This document shows positions 25,852 to 34,516 of a stretch of 61,268 bases of DNA, piece by piece (the stretch's first letter is position 1; every line of letters begins with the position of its first letter). The translations under genes were made by a program, and so were the position numbers. The notes under the pieces are model-generated. The model saw only the letters and a list, made by a program, of their open reading frames with translations, was not told the origin of the DNA and made no database searches. This stretch comes from a virus (lineage: Duplodnaviria > Caudoviricetes), in IMG/VR virus record IMGVR_UViG_3300024323_000002, positions 1-61,268 of that record. The stretch is one strand, 5' to 3'.

Positions 25852-26460
25852 ATGGAAACAGCCAGGGCGTTGCGGTTCACTTACGAAGAATACCAGCAAA
25901 TGTACGAGCAGGATGCGCTCGGCAACATCAAGCTCGAGTTCATCGATGGCGAGATCTACGCGATGTCTCGCGGCACGCCCACGCACGCAGAGCTGACGTT
26001 GAGTGTCGCTGCTCTGCTTCGCGACGCTTTGCGAGGAACCTGCAAGGTCTTCTCTCCTGACCTGAGCATTTACATCGCGTCGGCCAACGTAGCGACACAT
26101 CCAGACGTATCGGTCGTGTGCGGCAGGCCTGAGACAAAGCCAGGCGACCCTAAGGCGTTGATCAATCCGTCGCTGCTTGTCGAGGTCCTGAGCCCAAAGA
26201 CTGAGGCCTACGACCGTGGAGCCAAGCTCAACTATTACAAGCTGATCCCGAGCCTACGCGCTGTGCTCTTGGTCTCGCAGCATAGGCCCGAGATCATGCT
26301 GATCGAGCGTATGGCCGGTGGCCCGAGCTCGATCACAGGCACGCGCGACGGCTGGCAACCGACGCTTGCGCATGCAGGTTCCACGATCATGCTCGAGGCG
26401 CCACATGTGCAGCTGCGAGTCGACGACATCTACGCCGGCATCGAGCTCACGCCCCCATGA
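25852..26460 (+). CDS. Uma2-family putative restriction endonuclease #2
   Basis: LEFIDGEIYAMSRGTPTH, HPDVSVVCG, NPSLLVEVLSPKTEAYDRGAK..Y..IPSL. Confidence 0.92.
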   Translation: METARALRFTYEEYQQMYEQDALGNIKLEFIDGEIYAMSRGTPTHAELTLSVAALLRDALRGTCKVFSPDLSIYIASANVATHPDVSVVCGRPETKPGDPKALINPSLLVEVLSPKTEAYDRGAKLNYYKLIPSLRAVLLVSQHRPEIMLIERMAGGPSSITGTRDGWQPTLAHAGSTIMLEAPHVQLRVDDIYAGIELTPP

Positions 26461-26795
26461 ACACGTACCTCTTCATCGTGCAAGACCCCGAGCTCCAGGG
26501 CTTCTACACCGGTATCACGATCACGGCGGCCATCTCGCTCGTGTGCATGGGCTTGTTCTACGCCGAGGTGCCGTACAACCGCGCGATCAGCCTAATCGTT
26601 TGCTGCGTCGTGCCGCTCGCGTTCATCGCCGCGCATGCGTTTCTGCACATCCCGTTTGCGAAGCTGGCCTACGCTAGCCTGGCTTGGTTCTTCGCGACTC
26701 TCTGGTTCAACAAGCTCATGGTGAGGCGCCAAGACCGAGCCTTCGAGGCCAAGCGCGAGAAGTACCGCCGAGAGTTCGAGAACGAGTTTCGCTAG
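26457..26795 (+). CDS. Membrane protein (about 3 TM helices)
   Basis: Three hydrophobic stretches and a charged C-terminus. Confidence 0.7.
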   Translation: MNTYLFIVQDPELQGFYTGITITAAISLVCMGLFYAEVPYNRAISLIVCCVVPLAFIAAHAFLHIPFAKLAYASLAWFFATLWFNKLMVRRQDRAFEAKREKYRREFENEFR

Positions 26796-27370
26796 CTGAT
26801 ACCATCGAGCAGCGCGGCAAAGTCGAGGCGCTGGTTTATCGTGCGTGGCAAGCCAGCCCAGGTAGTCGGTGTGAGCTCGATGCGTTGTGTCAGCGCGTAG
26901 CGGCTGCTGAGCGGATCACGGTGGAGCTCGAGGAGTCGGCCAGGCACGTCGAGCAGCCAGTATTCGGGCACGCCGGCAGCCGCGTAGCGCGCAATCTTCT
27001 CGTGGTCGCGATTGTGGCTGGTCTGACAGACCTCGACCACGAGCACAGACTCGTCGCCACGCGGATGTCGCTCCAGATAGTTGCTGTCGGCGGCATGGAT
27101 CACCGAGACGTCAGGCTCCGGCCAGCTGTCGTCAGCGAGCACAATAGGTGCACCCACGCGCACCCAGAAGCCCCAGTTGAGGTAGGCTGTGCGCAGCTGG
27201 TCGGCGATGCGATGCGCGAGCACGAGGTGTGTAGGTCCTTCTGCGGGCATGGCAAACAGCTCCCCGTCAATGAGTTCACATCTCGCAGGTTCGGGTAGGA
27301 TGCCAGCCTCGATCATGCGCAAAACGTCGGCGCCTGTGAACTTGTATCGTGGTTCGTTGTTTAGGGACAT
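26792..27370 (-). CDS. Uma2-family putative restriction endonuclease #3
   Basis: ELIDGEL..MP.EGPTH, PEPDVSV, LVVEV, D.EK..RYAAAGVPEYWLLD. Confidence 0.92.
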   Translation of the reverse strand: MSLNNEPRYKFTGADVLRMIEAGILPEPARCELIDGELFAMPAEGPTHLVLAHRIADQLRTAYLNWGFWVRVGAPIVLADDSWPEPDVSVIHAADSNYLERHPRGDESVLVVEVCQTSHNRDHEKIARYAAAGVPEYWLLDVPGRLLELHRDPLSSRYALTQRIELTPTTWAGLPRTINQRLDFAALLDGIS

Positions 27371-27645
27371 TACTGCAACCTCTTCTCGATTGTATCAGCC
27401 AGCTCGCGCAAGTGCTTGACCACCTCGGGCTCGGGGATAGTCGAGGAGAACATCGGCAGCTCATCGCGCGTGCGGATGAGCAGCACGAGCCCTACGACGC
27501 CCTTGGGCAGCACGGTCAGTAGCGCGCTGTTGGCGTCGCGCAGGGTCTCGGCAGCCTCGGCGAGCGGCTGGCCGACCACCTCCTGCAGACGAGTGAAGAC
27601 CCGCTTCGGGTCGGGTGGGAGCGCGGGGATCTTATGCCAGGTCAT
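27370..27645 (-). CDS. Hypothetical protein
   Basis: Coupled operon. Confidence 0.6.
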   Translation of the reverse strand: MTWHKIPALPPDPKRVFTRLQEVVGQPLAEAAETLRDANSALLTVLPKGVVGLVLLIRTRDELPMFSSTIPEPEVVKHLRELADTIEKRLQ

Positions 27646-27866
27646 GGTTGCTCCGCGAGCATGAATCTGGCGTCATCGCAGCCTCGGCCCGAGGTGATCG
27701 CGAGTAGCTTCATGCCGCTGAGCACCCCGAGCGCGAAGTAAATGTTGCCGGGGTCGTACTCGCTGAGCTCCGCGACCACGGACTCCATGTAGAAGGACCG
27801 CTCTGGATAGGCACGAAAGACCGCCAAGACGGCCTTCTGCGTTGCTGTTAGTTCCTCTTCTGTCAT
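27642..27866 (-). CDS. Small winged-helix-like protein
   Basis: LTATQKAVLAVF...SVVAEL...NIYFALGVL. Confidence 0.55.
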   Translation of the reverse strand: MTEEELTATQKAVLAVFRAYPERSFYMESVVAELSEYDPGNIYFALGVLSGMKLLAITSGRGCDDARFMLAEQP

Positions 27867-27881
27867 CTAGATACCTTCTAG
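27867..27881. promoter_or_regulatory. Palindromic operator-like site forming the entire intergenic spacer
   Basis: CTAGATACCTTCTAG between the stop at 27882 and the start at 27866. Confidence 0.7.
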
Positions 27882-28295
27882 CTACACAGACATAAAGTAA
27901 TGCTTTACGATCATGTAGGTGCAGTTGCCGATATAACACAGCGAGACACCTAGTAGTAAGCCGCCGCCTATGCCCGCGTCGAAGACCCCCAGGCGCCGAG
28001 GCGTGACCTCGATGCCCAGGTCGGTCTCGACGTCGATGAGCAACGCGCGCAGCCGTAGGTACTCGGCATAGTGCGGGCGCACAAGGTAGACGACGATGGC
28101 GCAGTTCGATAGGCAGAATGCGTTGACGACCCACCAGGCGCTCGGCTGCTGGCCCGTGAGCAGCGCGAGTAGGAACAGCTGCGTGTTCACGATGAGCGTA
28201 GCCACCTGCAGCCATAGCGACCGACGTGCGGCGAAGTACTGGTCGCCCTTGACCGCCGTAGCGGTCGTCACGAACTCGGTCTTGGCGTCGGTCAT
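27882..28295 (-). CDS. Membrane protein
   Basis: 2-3 hydrophobic segments. Confidence 0.65.
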   Translation of the reverse strand: MTDAKTEFVTTATAVKGDQYFAARRSLWLQVATLIVNTQLFLLALLTGQQPSAWWVVNAFCLSNCAIVVYLVRPHYAEYLRLRALLIDVETDLGIEVTPRRLGVFDAGIGGGLLLGVSLCYIGNCTYMIVKHYFMSV

Positions 28296-28319
28296 GGGGC
28301 GAGGATATCGCCCATGGCC

Positions 28320-28592
28320 CTACTCTGTCACGCCCCTATGCACACGCAGCGGTTTCGCCCTCTGCAGCACCTCGATAGCGGCGTCGTATGCGCCCTGCTG
28401 CTCGAGGCGCAGGGCCTCGACGGGAAGCACGTAACACTCATGTGCAACAGGCTTGCCATCCTCGAGTCGATGCCCATGATTGCAGAATGTCGTTGTGTAG
28501 ACGGTCATTTCGACAACCACTTGGCCACCGTCGCCACGAACGAGGCGAACAGGCTCATAATGATCAAGGGCACGATGCCCGAGAAGGTCCAC
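28320..28592 (-). CDS. Hypothetical protein
   Basis: ORF track; FCNHGH..HEC. Confidence 0.45.
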   Translation of the reverse strand: MDLLGHRALDHYEPVRLVRGDGGQVVVEMTVYTTTFCNHGHRLEDGKPVAHECYVLPVEALRLEQQGAYDAAIEVLQRAKPLRVHRGVTE

Positions 28593-28601
28593 TGCGCTAG
28601 C

Positions 28602-28973
28602 TCATTTCCGTGATCCATTTACTGCCTCTTTCCTAGCCTCGATCACTTCGCGTGCGAGGTCATCCATCGTTGCGTCTGACTGAGCCCACTCGATAACCAT
28701 GTCGAGGTCCCCAGTGCCATAGTCACCGACCCTCGCCGCGAGCTCGACGCGCCAAGCTTTGCGCTTCGCGGCGTCGGCGATCTCCTCTTGCACCCACTCG
28801 TGCAGCTGCGCGACGATGGCCGCGCGTTGCTCGAGGTCGTCGAGCTGCGCCAAGGCATCCTCGCATGAGCGATGCACATAGCGCGGGCCGGTGCGCGGGT
28901 CTCGGCAGCACGCAACCTCGTATTCCGAGATAGTCTTCAGCAGCCGCTGCATGAACAGCTCTTTGGGTTTCAT
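28602..28973 (-). CDS. Hypothetical protein
   Basis: GGAGG RBS before MKPKELF. Confidence 0.65.
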   Translation of the reverse strand: MKPKELFMQRLLKTISEYEVACCRDPRTGPRYVHRSCEDALAQLDDLEQRAAIVAQLHEWVQEEIADAAKRKAWRVELAARVGDYGTGDLDMVIEWAQSDATMDDLAREVIEARKEAVNGSRK

Positions 28974-29170
28974 AGCCTCCTCAACACTCGCTTGAGTACC
29001 TCGTTCACGCGCTCGCACTCGTGCGGCGCACCTTGGAGCTCGGTCACCTGGACGTCGCGCTCGTGCCTGCGCTGAACTTCGATGTCAGCGAGCACGGCTT
29101 CGACGACCGCGGCAACACGCTCGAAGTCCTCGTCGCCAATGTCCCTGCCCAGCAGGAGTCGGCAAGTCAT
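28970..29170 (-). CDS. Hypothetical protein
   Basis: ATGA-coupled. Confidence 0.55.
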   Translation of the reverse strand: MTCRLLLGRDIGDEDFERVAAVVEAVLADIEVQRRHERDVQVTELQGAPHECERVNEVLKRVLRRL

Positions 29171-29637
29171 GGCTTATCCACCGGCTTGTAGCGTCGCGCG
29201 AAGTCTTTCACATCGAAGTAGGCCGTGCTGTCGAGGCCATTCTTGACCGGGCGCTTGCGAATGAGCGGCCAGCATGTGACCTCGTCGCCAGCAGACGCGA
29301 TGAAGGTCTCAGGCTTGCCCACGCGGTAATTGCTCATCTTGTCGCCAAAGAATCTCATTGTGTCCGGCGAGAAGAAATGCGGCGATCGTTCTGTCACCTT
29401 TTCGACCAGTTCCTCGAGCGTCATTGTTGGCAGCTCCTTTTCTAGCAGTTTTGCGAGCCTAGCCTGACATGTAACACATGTCGGCTCACCTGTCTCGACC
29501 AAGTCGCAAATGTGCTTGACACGCTTGCACAAAGTTGTGTCGCCCTCGTCGAGGCTCACGTGCGTGAGCAGAGCGCGCTCGTCGAGATCCTTGCCCTTGT
29601 AGGCTGCAGCCAGAACACCGTGAACTGTGAACTTCAT
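29167..29637 (-). CDS. Two-domain hypothetical protein (HFFSPDTMRFFG motif)
   Basis: GGAGG RBS; Cys-rich N-domain plus a conserved-looking C-domain. Confidence 0.7.
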   Translation of the reverse strand: MKFTVHGVLAAAYKGKDLDERALLTHVSLDEGDTTLCKRVKHICDLVETGEPTCVTCQARLAKLLEKELPTMTLEELVEKVTERSPHFFSPDTMRFFGDKMSNYRVGKPETFIASAGDEVTCWPLIRKRPVKNGLDSTAYFDVKDFARRYKPVDKP

Positions 29638-29686
29638 TCGAGCCTCCTCACCTAGGCGCGTGCTGGCAGAACGCGCCGCGGTCAGT

Positions 29687-30187
29687 CTACTCGTCCCAAT
29701 TCGTGTTCAGGAAGTCGTCATAGGCGACCTGCAACAAGGCCTTCAGATCTTTGCCTACTTTCAAGCAGGCTTGATGCGTGCGCTCTGCTTTGCGCGAGTC
29801 GTGGTCGTATCCGAACTCGTCGCAGAACTCTTCGAAGTCGTCGGGCACGTTTGCGTCGCTCTGCAGCGAGTACAAAACATCCTCGACTGTAGGCGCTTTC
29901 GCGTAGAGGTTTGTGCCGTCGTCATAACCGGCATCCTCGACAAAAGCGTCGCGAGTGTCGGCCCGATGCGGCGCTATGTAGCTATGAGCCTTGCCCATAG
30001 AGAAAAGCGTAGTCATCTCGCGCGTGTCGTAGCGCAGAATGATCCGCCAGTGGTAGCCGTCGAAACCCTCGCGACCGGCCGAGTCGGGACCCTTGCCCAC
30101 GAGCTCCGCATCCATCCGAATGAACTTTAGAAGTCCATTCTTGACTGCTAGGGCCTCTAGTTCGCTTCTAGTTTTCTCTTCGTCCAT
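29687..30187 (-). CDS. Conserved phage hypothetical protein
   Basis: GGAGGT RBS; PTVEDVLYSLQSD...FEEFCDEFGYDHDSRKAE. Confidence 0.75.
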   Translation of the reverse strand: MDEEKTRSELEALAVKNGLLKFIRMDAELVGKGPDSAGREGFDGYHWRIILRYDTREMTTLFSMGKAHSYIAPHRADTRDAFVEDAGYDDGTNLYAKAPTVEDVLYSLQSDANVPDDFEEFCDEFGYDHDSRKAERTHQACLKVGKDLKALLQVAYDDFLNTNWDE

Positions 30188-30246
30188 ACAACTAACCTCC
30201 CACGTTAGGGAGCGCGCCAGCCTAGCGCGCGCCCTAAGGTCGAGTG

Positions 30247-30453
30247 TCAGCGTTTCCAGATGATTAGGTCCAAGCGCGCGAGCTCAGCCGCGCACATCTG
30301 TTGCTGGTTTAGGCGCGTTTCGCGATGCAGTCGTGCGGCAGCTCGACACTTGCGGCCATCCGGCCGATCGTGTTCGAGCATGAACGCGCGATAATCGCGC
30401 TGCCACGTGCGGATGCCGCAACATGGACACTTGTGTCGCATGTCGATAGTCAT
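30247..30453 (-). CDS. Small zinc-finger-like protein
   Basis: CPCC...H....C; ATGA-coupled. Confidence 0.6.
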   Translation of the reverse strand: MTIDMRHKCPCCGIRTWQRDYRAFMLEHDRPDGRKCRAAARLHRETRLNQQQMCAAELARLDLIIWKR

Positions 30454-30659
30454 GCTAGCTCGACACGGCCCATTATGAGCGCGATCTCCGCGCCGAATAC
30501 GGCCATGCGTTCGCACGACGTGCACTTGTAACCGCTCGCGTCTGGTTCTACGCCGCCACAAGTCCATGCGTGGCAGTGCAGGCAGACGCCGTCGCTAGCC
30601 TCGATATGAGCGGCCAAGTCGCCCTCGCTAACCTCGAGCACAGGTTTAGGTAGTGTCAT
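30450..30659 (-). CDS. Small zinc-ribbon protein
   Basis: GVCLHC...VEPDA..YKCTSC...VFGAE. Confidence 0.7.
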   Translation of the reverse strand: MTLPKPVLEVSEGDLAAHIEASDGVCLHCHAWTCGGVEPDASGYKCTSCERMAVFGAEIALIMGRVELA

Positions 30660-30841
30660 GTGTCCTCACTTTCGATGCCTTGTTCGTACCACTTGCGCGA
30701 TCGCGCGTACCACTCATAGGCGGTCTCTTGAATCTCGATCGCGATCTCATAGTGCCCGCGTGCGTGTTGCTTGCGCGCAGCGCGTGCAGCGCGCCAAGCG
30801 TCTTGCTGCGATATTGCGGCGGCGATTAGGTGGCGGTTTAT
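30656..30841 (-). CDS. Hypothetical protein with apparent ATA start, paralog of 30838..31026 (not in ORF track)
   Basis: (I)NRHLIAAAISQQDAWRAARAARKQHARGHYEIAIEIQETAYEWYARSRKWYEQGIESEDT; stop overlaps the next ATG. Confidence 0.65.
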   Translation of the reverse strand: MNRHLIAAAISQQDAWRAARAARKQHARGHYEIAIEIQETAYEWYARSRKWYEQGIESEDT

Positions 30842-31026
30842 GGGCGCACCGTGCCTTGATCATACCAACTACGTGCAACTGCATAGTGCAGTTCAGCTTG
30901 ACGTTGTTCTACTATGGCAAGCTCACGCTCGCCGCCGTCATGCTGCTGTCGCGCGGCGAAAGCATCCCATCTAGCTCTAGCTTGCCAATAGCTCGCGGCC
31001 CTTAGTTGCAAGGCTTGAATACTCAT
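30838..31026 (-). CDS. Hypothetical protein
   Basis: MSIQALQ...AARQQH..ELAI..Q..A..Y..RSWYDQG; ATGA-coupled. Confidence 0.65.
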   Translation of the reverse strand: MSIQALQLRAASYWQARARWDAFAARQQHDGGERELAIVEQRQAELHYAVARSWYDQGTVRP

Positions 31027-31250
31027 TCTCCGCACCTAGGCCAGCCATGCGTGTCGAGAAACGTGTATGTGCGAGCGTCGCAAGGCAACGCGCCGCAAGC
31101 CAGATAGAAGCGGGAGTCGTGCAAGAGATCCCGCACATGCCATCCGAAGTGACGGAACGAAGGATCGTCCGTTTCCCAATTGTTACCAAGTATGTACAGA
31201 CAATGATTGTACCAACTGCGTTCAATAGTCAGAATCTGCCATCCGCTCAT
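31023..31250 (-). CDS. Hypothetical protein
   Basis: GGAGGT RBS. Confidence 0.6.
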   Translation of the reverse strand: MSGWQILTIERSWYNHCLYILGNNWETDDPSFRHFGWHVRDLLHDSRFYLACGALPCDARTYTFLDTHGWPRCGE

Positions 31251-31303
31251 ACTAACCTCCGAACCCAGGGCAGGCTGTCACACTGCCCTAGCCTCGACTG
31301 TCA

Positions 31304-31594
31304 CTATGGAATCAGCACGCGAAACGGCTCGCCGTGATCGATGCTCGTGCGCAAGGAATCGATCTTGTCGGCATCGGCGCCGACTTGCGCGAGCTTGAGC
31401 TTCATGCATGCGAGTGCATCGGCATTGCCCGACCACACGAGCACACGCGGCGGCGTGCCAGCGACTTTCCACAAGTCACTGCCCAAGACTTCTCGCGCAT
31501 GCGCTGCCTCCTCGGGAGTCTTGAACCCGAGCAGCACGGTCGCCCAATAGTGCCCGTGGAAGTGATGCCTCAGTATCCCGTTGCCTCGAATCAT
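31304..31594 (-). CDS. Hypothetical protein, paralog of 31662..31952
   Basis: GGAGGT RBS; LG..W...VLVW.G...G.PF.V.I. Confidence 0.7.
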   Translation of the reverse strand: MIRGNGILRHHFHGHYWATVLLGFKTPEEAAHAREVLGSDLWKVAGTPPRVLVWSGNADALACMKLKLAQVGADADKIDSLRTSIDHGEPFRVLIP

Positions 31595-31661
31595 GGTTAC
31601 CTCCAAAACGTTCCCTAGCGACGTCTCGCCTCACAAGCGAGACGTGCCAGGCAACGCGCGA

Positions 31662-31952
31662 TCAGGACAGTTTGATCGCTACCTCGAAAACCGGACCGAG
31701 TGCCGCGGTGTGCCGCGCGGGTTCTATGCGCTCGCTAGGCACACCTAAGGCTTGTGAGATCCGCTCCTGCAGACCGTCATAGTCGCCGTGCCAAACAAGC
31801 ACGGCATTCGAGCGATCCCATTCATCGCCAAGCATGCGCTTAGCGACGCGTGCGTCAGTTGCGTTGTCAAACTGCAGAGTGACCGCGATCGGCTGATCGG
31901 CTGACGCGAAAACCTTGTGCAACTGACCCTTGCCTGTGACTAGTCGTGCCAT
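31662..31952 (-). CDS. Hypothetical protein, paralog of 31304..31594
   Basis: GGAGGT RBS. Confidence 0.7.
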   Translation of the reverse strand: MARLVTGKGQLHKVFASADQPIAVTLQFDNATDARVAKRMLGDEWDRSNAVLVWHGDYDGLQERISQALGVPSERIEPARHTAALGPVFEVAIKLS

Positions 31953-32016
31953 GTTACTACCTCCACACATAGTGCCACTACAGCACAGCAACCTAGGCTG
32001 CTGTGCTCTTATGGTC

Positions 32017-32304
32017 CTATTTGTGGCGTCTCACGATCCAATCAGCCTCATCGTCTAGTTCTGCAAACGAGCTAACATTGTCGCCGTGCTCAAATGAACC
32101 GAACGATAATGCAGCGCGAGCCACACGATCGTAGGCTTCAGGGCAGTCTGCAGACATTGTTGATTCATCATGCGGCGATCGTCGCAACCCAGCTACACGC
32201 GCTATGCGTTCGCCGTTGCGGCATATGTTCACCGAATAGTGAATGCTGTCTTCAGCAAGATTGATATTGAGCTTTAGTTCACCGCAATATCTAGACACTG
32301 ACAT
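32017..32304 (-). CDS. Hypothetical protein (first gene of the leftward early operon)
   Basis: GGAGGT RBS; D.PEAYD..ARAALSF. Confidence 0.7.
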   Translation of the reverse strand: MSVSRYCGELKLNINLAEDSIHYSVNICRNGERIARVAGLRRSPHDESTMSADCPEAYDRVARAALSFGSFEHGDNVSSFAELDDEADWIVRRHK

Positions 32305-32316
32305 TGTTACCTCCAC

Positions 32317-32522
32317 ACAGATCGGCGGCACTGTGCCGCTAATCTGGCATGTACGTAGGCGCCACACGTCTCTCACTCGTGTTACGCCTACGCGTTGCCA
32401 GACTGCGACCCTCTCAAGGTCGCAACCCGTGCCATCGCACGACAGCGCGCGGGAAACCCGCCGCTAATGGTGCGTTGCTATTCAATTGTCAAGGAGCGCT
32501 GGCCACACGCGAGAGTGGCCGG
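32317..32522 (-). promoter_or_regulatory. Structured leader with boxB-like hairpin followed by boxA antitermination signal
   Basis: Minus strand: GGCCAC-tctcgcgt-GTGGCC hairpin (32520-32501), then GCTCCTTGACAATTGAATAG (32497-32478), then five hairpins (32444-32465, 32428-32441, 32404-32424, 32343-32402, 32317-32345). Confidence 0.65.
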
Positions 32523-32666
32523 TTAGGGGTGCGTGACTTGCGGCTTATCGCCGCGACGAACGTTGCTGCTTACCTCCGAAGCACACAATCAGGTGACTTG
32601 CGAACATGTATCGCAGTGCTTTGCGGCTGTCTAGCGGCATCGGTCGAGAAAACGTCAAGACGCTAG

Positions 32667-32692
32667 CTAGAACGCGTCTAGATGCGTTCTAA
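32667..32692. promoter_or_regulatory. Tandem palindromic operator-like sites next to a leftward TTGACG -35
   Basis: CTAGAACGCGTCTAG (32667-32681) overlapping CTAGATGCGTTCTAA (32678-32692). Confidence 0.65.
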
Positions 32693-32810
32693 CCGCGATG
32701 ATTCCGAGGGTTTAGGCGGCGCAAAGAATCTTCGCGCGTAGTGCCGCGAGTCACGCAAGCACCGCGCGCAAGCCTGGAAAACATAGAATAGTTGGTAGCA
32801 CCAACCGTTT

Positions 32811-33262
32811 TTGATATGACCATACGTTGCCATATGTGACCATATGTGACCATATGTTTTGGTGGGTTGAGCGAACGTCCGATCGGCGACCGAAACGCGT
32901 CATATAGCCCAAAACGGGGACATTCGGTCGAGTCTCGATGTCGCCTCGGCAGCGGAATATTCCGCCGCTATCGCATAACGATCGGTTCTAGCGGTATCAA
33001 GTAGCTAAATCCAACTAGGCTGTAACGCCGCCACGTCAGTGCGGCGCGACCTCGGCGCCGAGTGCCTGTTGCTCGCGCTAGGCGTCGCTAGGCGGCGCGC
33101 CCTCGACCTCGGCGCGCCCTCGACCTCGGCGCGGTCTCGGTGGCGCCATAGCGCCGCCTAGGCGGCATGGTCTCGAGACGCACGTCTCGCGAGTCATGCC
33201 ATCCCCTCGGCATCCCCTCAGCTCGCGTAGCATCCCCTCAGCTCGCGAAGCGATCAGCTCGC
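32811..33262. repeat. Non-coding strand-switch region with short tandem repeats (candidate packaging/terminus region)
   Basis: CATATGTGAC x2 plus partial copies (32811-32856); CCCTCGACCTCGGCGCG x2 (33100-33133); CATCCCCTC x3 with CAGCTCGCG repeats (33200-33262). Confidence 0.7.
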
Positions 33263-33484
33263 GTGGCTCGTGCGCGTACGCGCGAGGCGGCGGGGCGACC
33301 GGGGTACACTTGGTTGAGCCGGATCCTGTTTTCGCGTCGGCCTACAGGTGGCCAGACGCAAGCGCCTAGCGCCTCGTGCAAAGCGCAAGGCAGATGCCCC
33401 CGGCGTCGCGCGCTTCGGCCATCTGCCAGAGCAAAGCGCGTTTCTGTTGACGCCGGGCATGGGCTAGGCCCATGTGTGCATAGC

Positions 33485-33637
33485 ATGGGCAAAGCCGAAT
33501 TGTTCCAGAAGCTAGGCGCTCAGCCGTTCAAAGAGCCGGCGCGACTGCCGGCTAAGTTCGAGCTCACGCTGCCGGAGACAAACAGGCAACTCCGACGCAC
33601 GATGAAGGCTATTCGCCGCCGCAAGAAGCGGCGGTAA
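33485..33637 (+). CDS. Small basic protein
   Basis: MGKAELFQKLG...RRRKKRR. Confidence 0.45.
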   Translation: MGKAELFQKLGAQPFKEPARLPAKFELTLPETNRQLRRTMKAIRRRKKRR

Positions 33638-33701
33638 AGACCCCTATACCTTGGATTTAGAAGCTATTTCCCTTCGGATCGGCCTGTTTTACTCTGCCCC
33701 G

Positions 33702-33893
33702 ATGCGATACCGTTTCGACCGCGTGCCGCCAGTGATTGCTGAAGAAGAGCGCATCTACCTGCAGGAGTCGGCGCGTTCTGAGCTCTGGCACCAGACCTAT
33801 AACGCGGCGCTGAACGCCTTTATCGTGCGCGGTGCTGCCGAATGCCACGAGCAGGCAGTCATCGCCGCTAACCTAGCTCACGGAGAGCTATGA
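33702..33893 (+). CDS. Hypothetical protein, tandem paralog of the next gene
   Basis: YLQE..R..LWHQTYNAA...A.LAHGEL. Confidence 0.7.
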   Translation: MRYRFDRVPPVIAEEERIYLQESARSELWHQTYNAALNAFIVRGAAECHEQAVIAANLAHGEL

Positions 33894-34093
33894 AATACCA
33901 GATCGACGTGCCGGCTCCCGAGAGCGGAGGCAACATGACCGCGTACCTGCGCGAGAACGAGCGCATAAACCGCTGGCACCAGACCTACAACGCCGCAGTG
34001 ACAGGCGTCTTCGCGCGTGGCAGTGAAGATAGTGTTGCAGCGATACATCTGCTGGCAGTCACCCTCGCGAGCCTAGCTCATGGGCCGCTATGA
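33890..34093 (+). CDS. Hypothetical protein, tandem paralog
   Basis: YLRE..R..RWHQTYNAA...A.LAHGPL. Confidence 0.7.
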   Translation: MKYQIDVPAPESGGNMTAYLRENERINRWHQTYNAAVTGVFARGSEDSVAAIHLLAVTLASLAHGPL

Positions 34094-34313
34094 CCCTGGC
34101 ATCGTGAGTGCGCTGCTCGACCTCATCGAGGCGGGTGGCACGCATGCAATCTGGGATCAGCCCGAGATCGACGCCCTGGCTGACGAGCTGCGCGCGGGCG
34201 AGCACAAGCCAGACGCCGTCGACAAGTTGCTCGCCGAGCTCGAGGACCAGCCCTACGCTGATCTGTCGTATGCGCTCAGAGACCTAATCAAGGCGGTAAG
34301 GGACTCAAGATGA
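34080..34313 (+). CDS. Hypothetical protein
   Basis: ORF in operon. Confidence 0.55.
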   Translation: MGRYDPGIVSALLDLIEAGGTHAIWDQPEIDALADELRAGEHKPDAVDKLLAELEDQPYADLSYALRDLIKAVRDSR

Positions 34314-34516
34314 CATCTGTCTTACGAGTGTGCTTCATTCATAAGTACGACGAGACCTGGCACCTCAAGTTCCACGAGGTCTACGAGCACAGCGTCACCA
34401 TCGACGAGGTAAACGAGAAGTTCTACTCGCTGGCCGAAGCGCGTAAGGCCCTCGTCGGGCTCAAGCCAGACGTCGTGAAGCTGATCGAGCAGGATGCAGG
34501 GGAGCTATGGGGCTGA
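34310..34516 (+). CDS. Hypothetical protein
   Basis: ATGA-coupled. Confidence 0.55.
   Translation: MTSVLRVCFIHKYDETWHLKFHEVYEHSVTIDEVNEKFYSLAEARKALVGLKPDVVKLIEQDAGELWG

Noticed and set aside
33000-33170. Hairpin telomere (N15-like linear plasmid)
   Set aside because: The inverted repeats are short and imperfect and no protelomerase was recognised.
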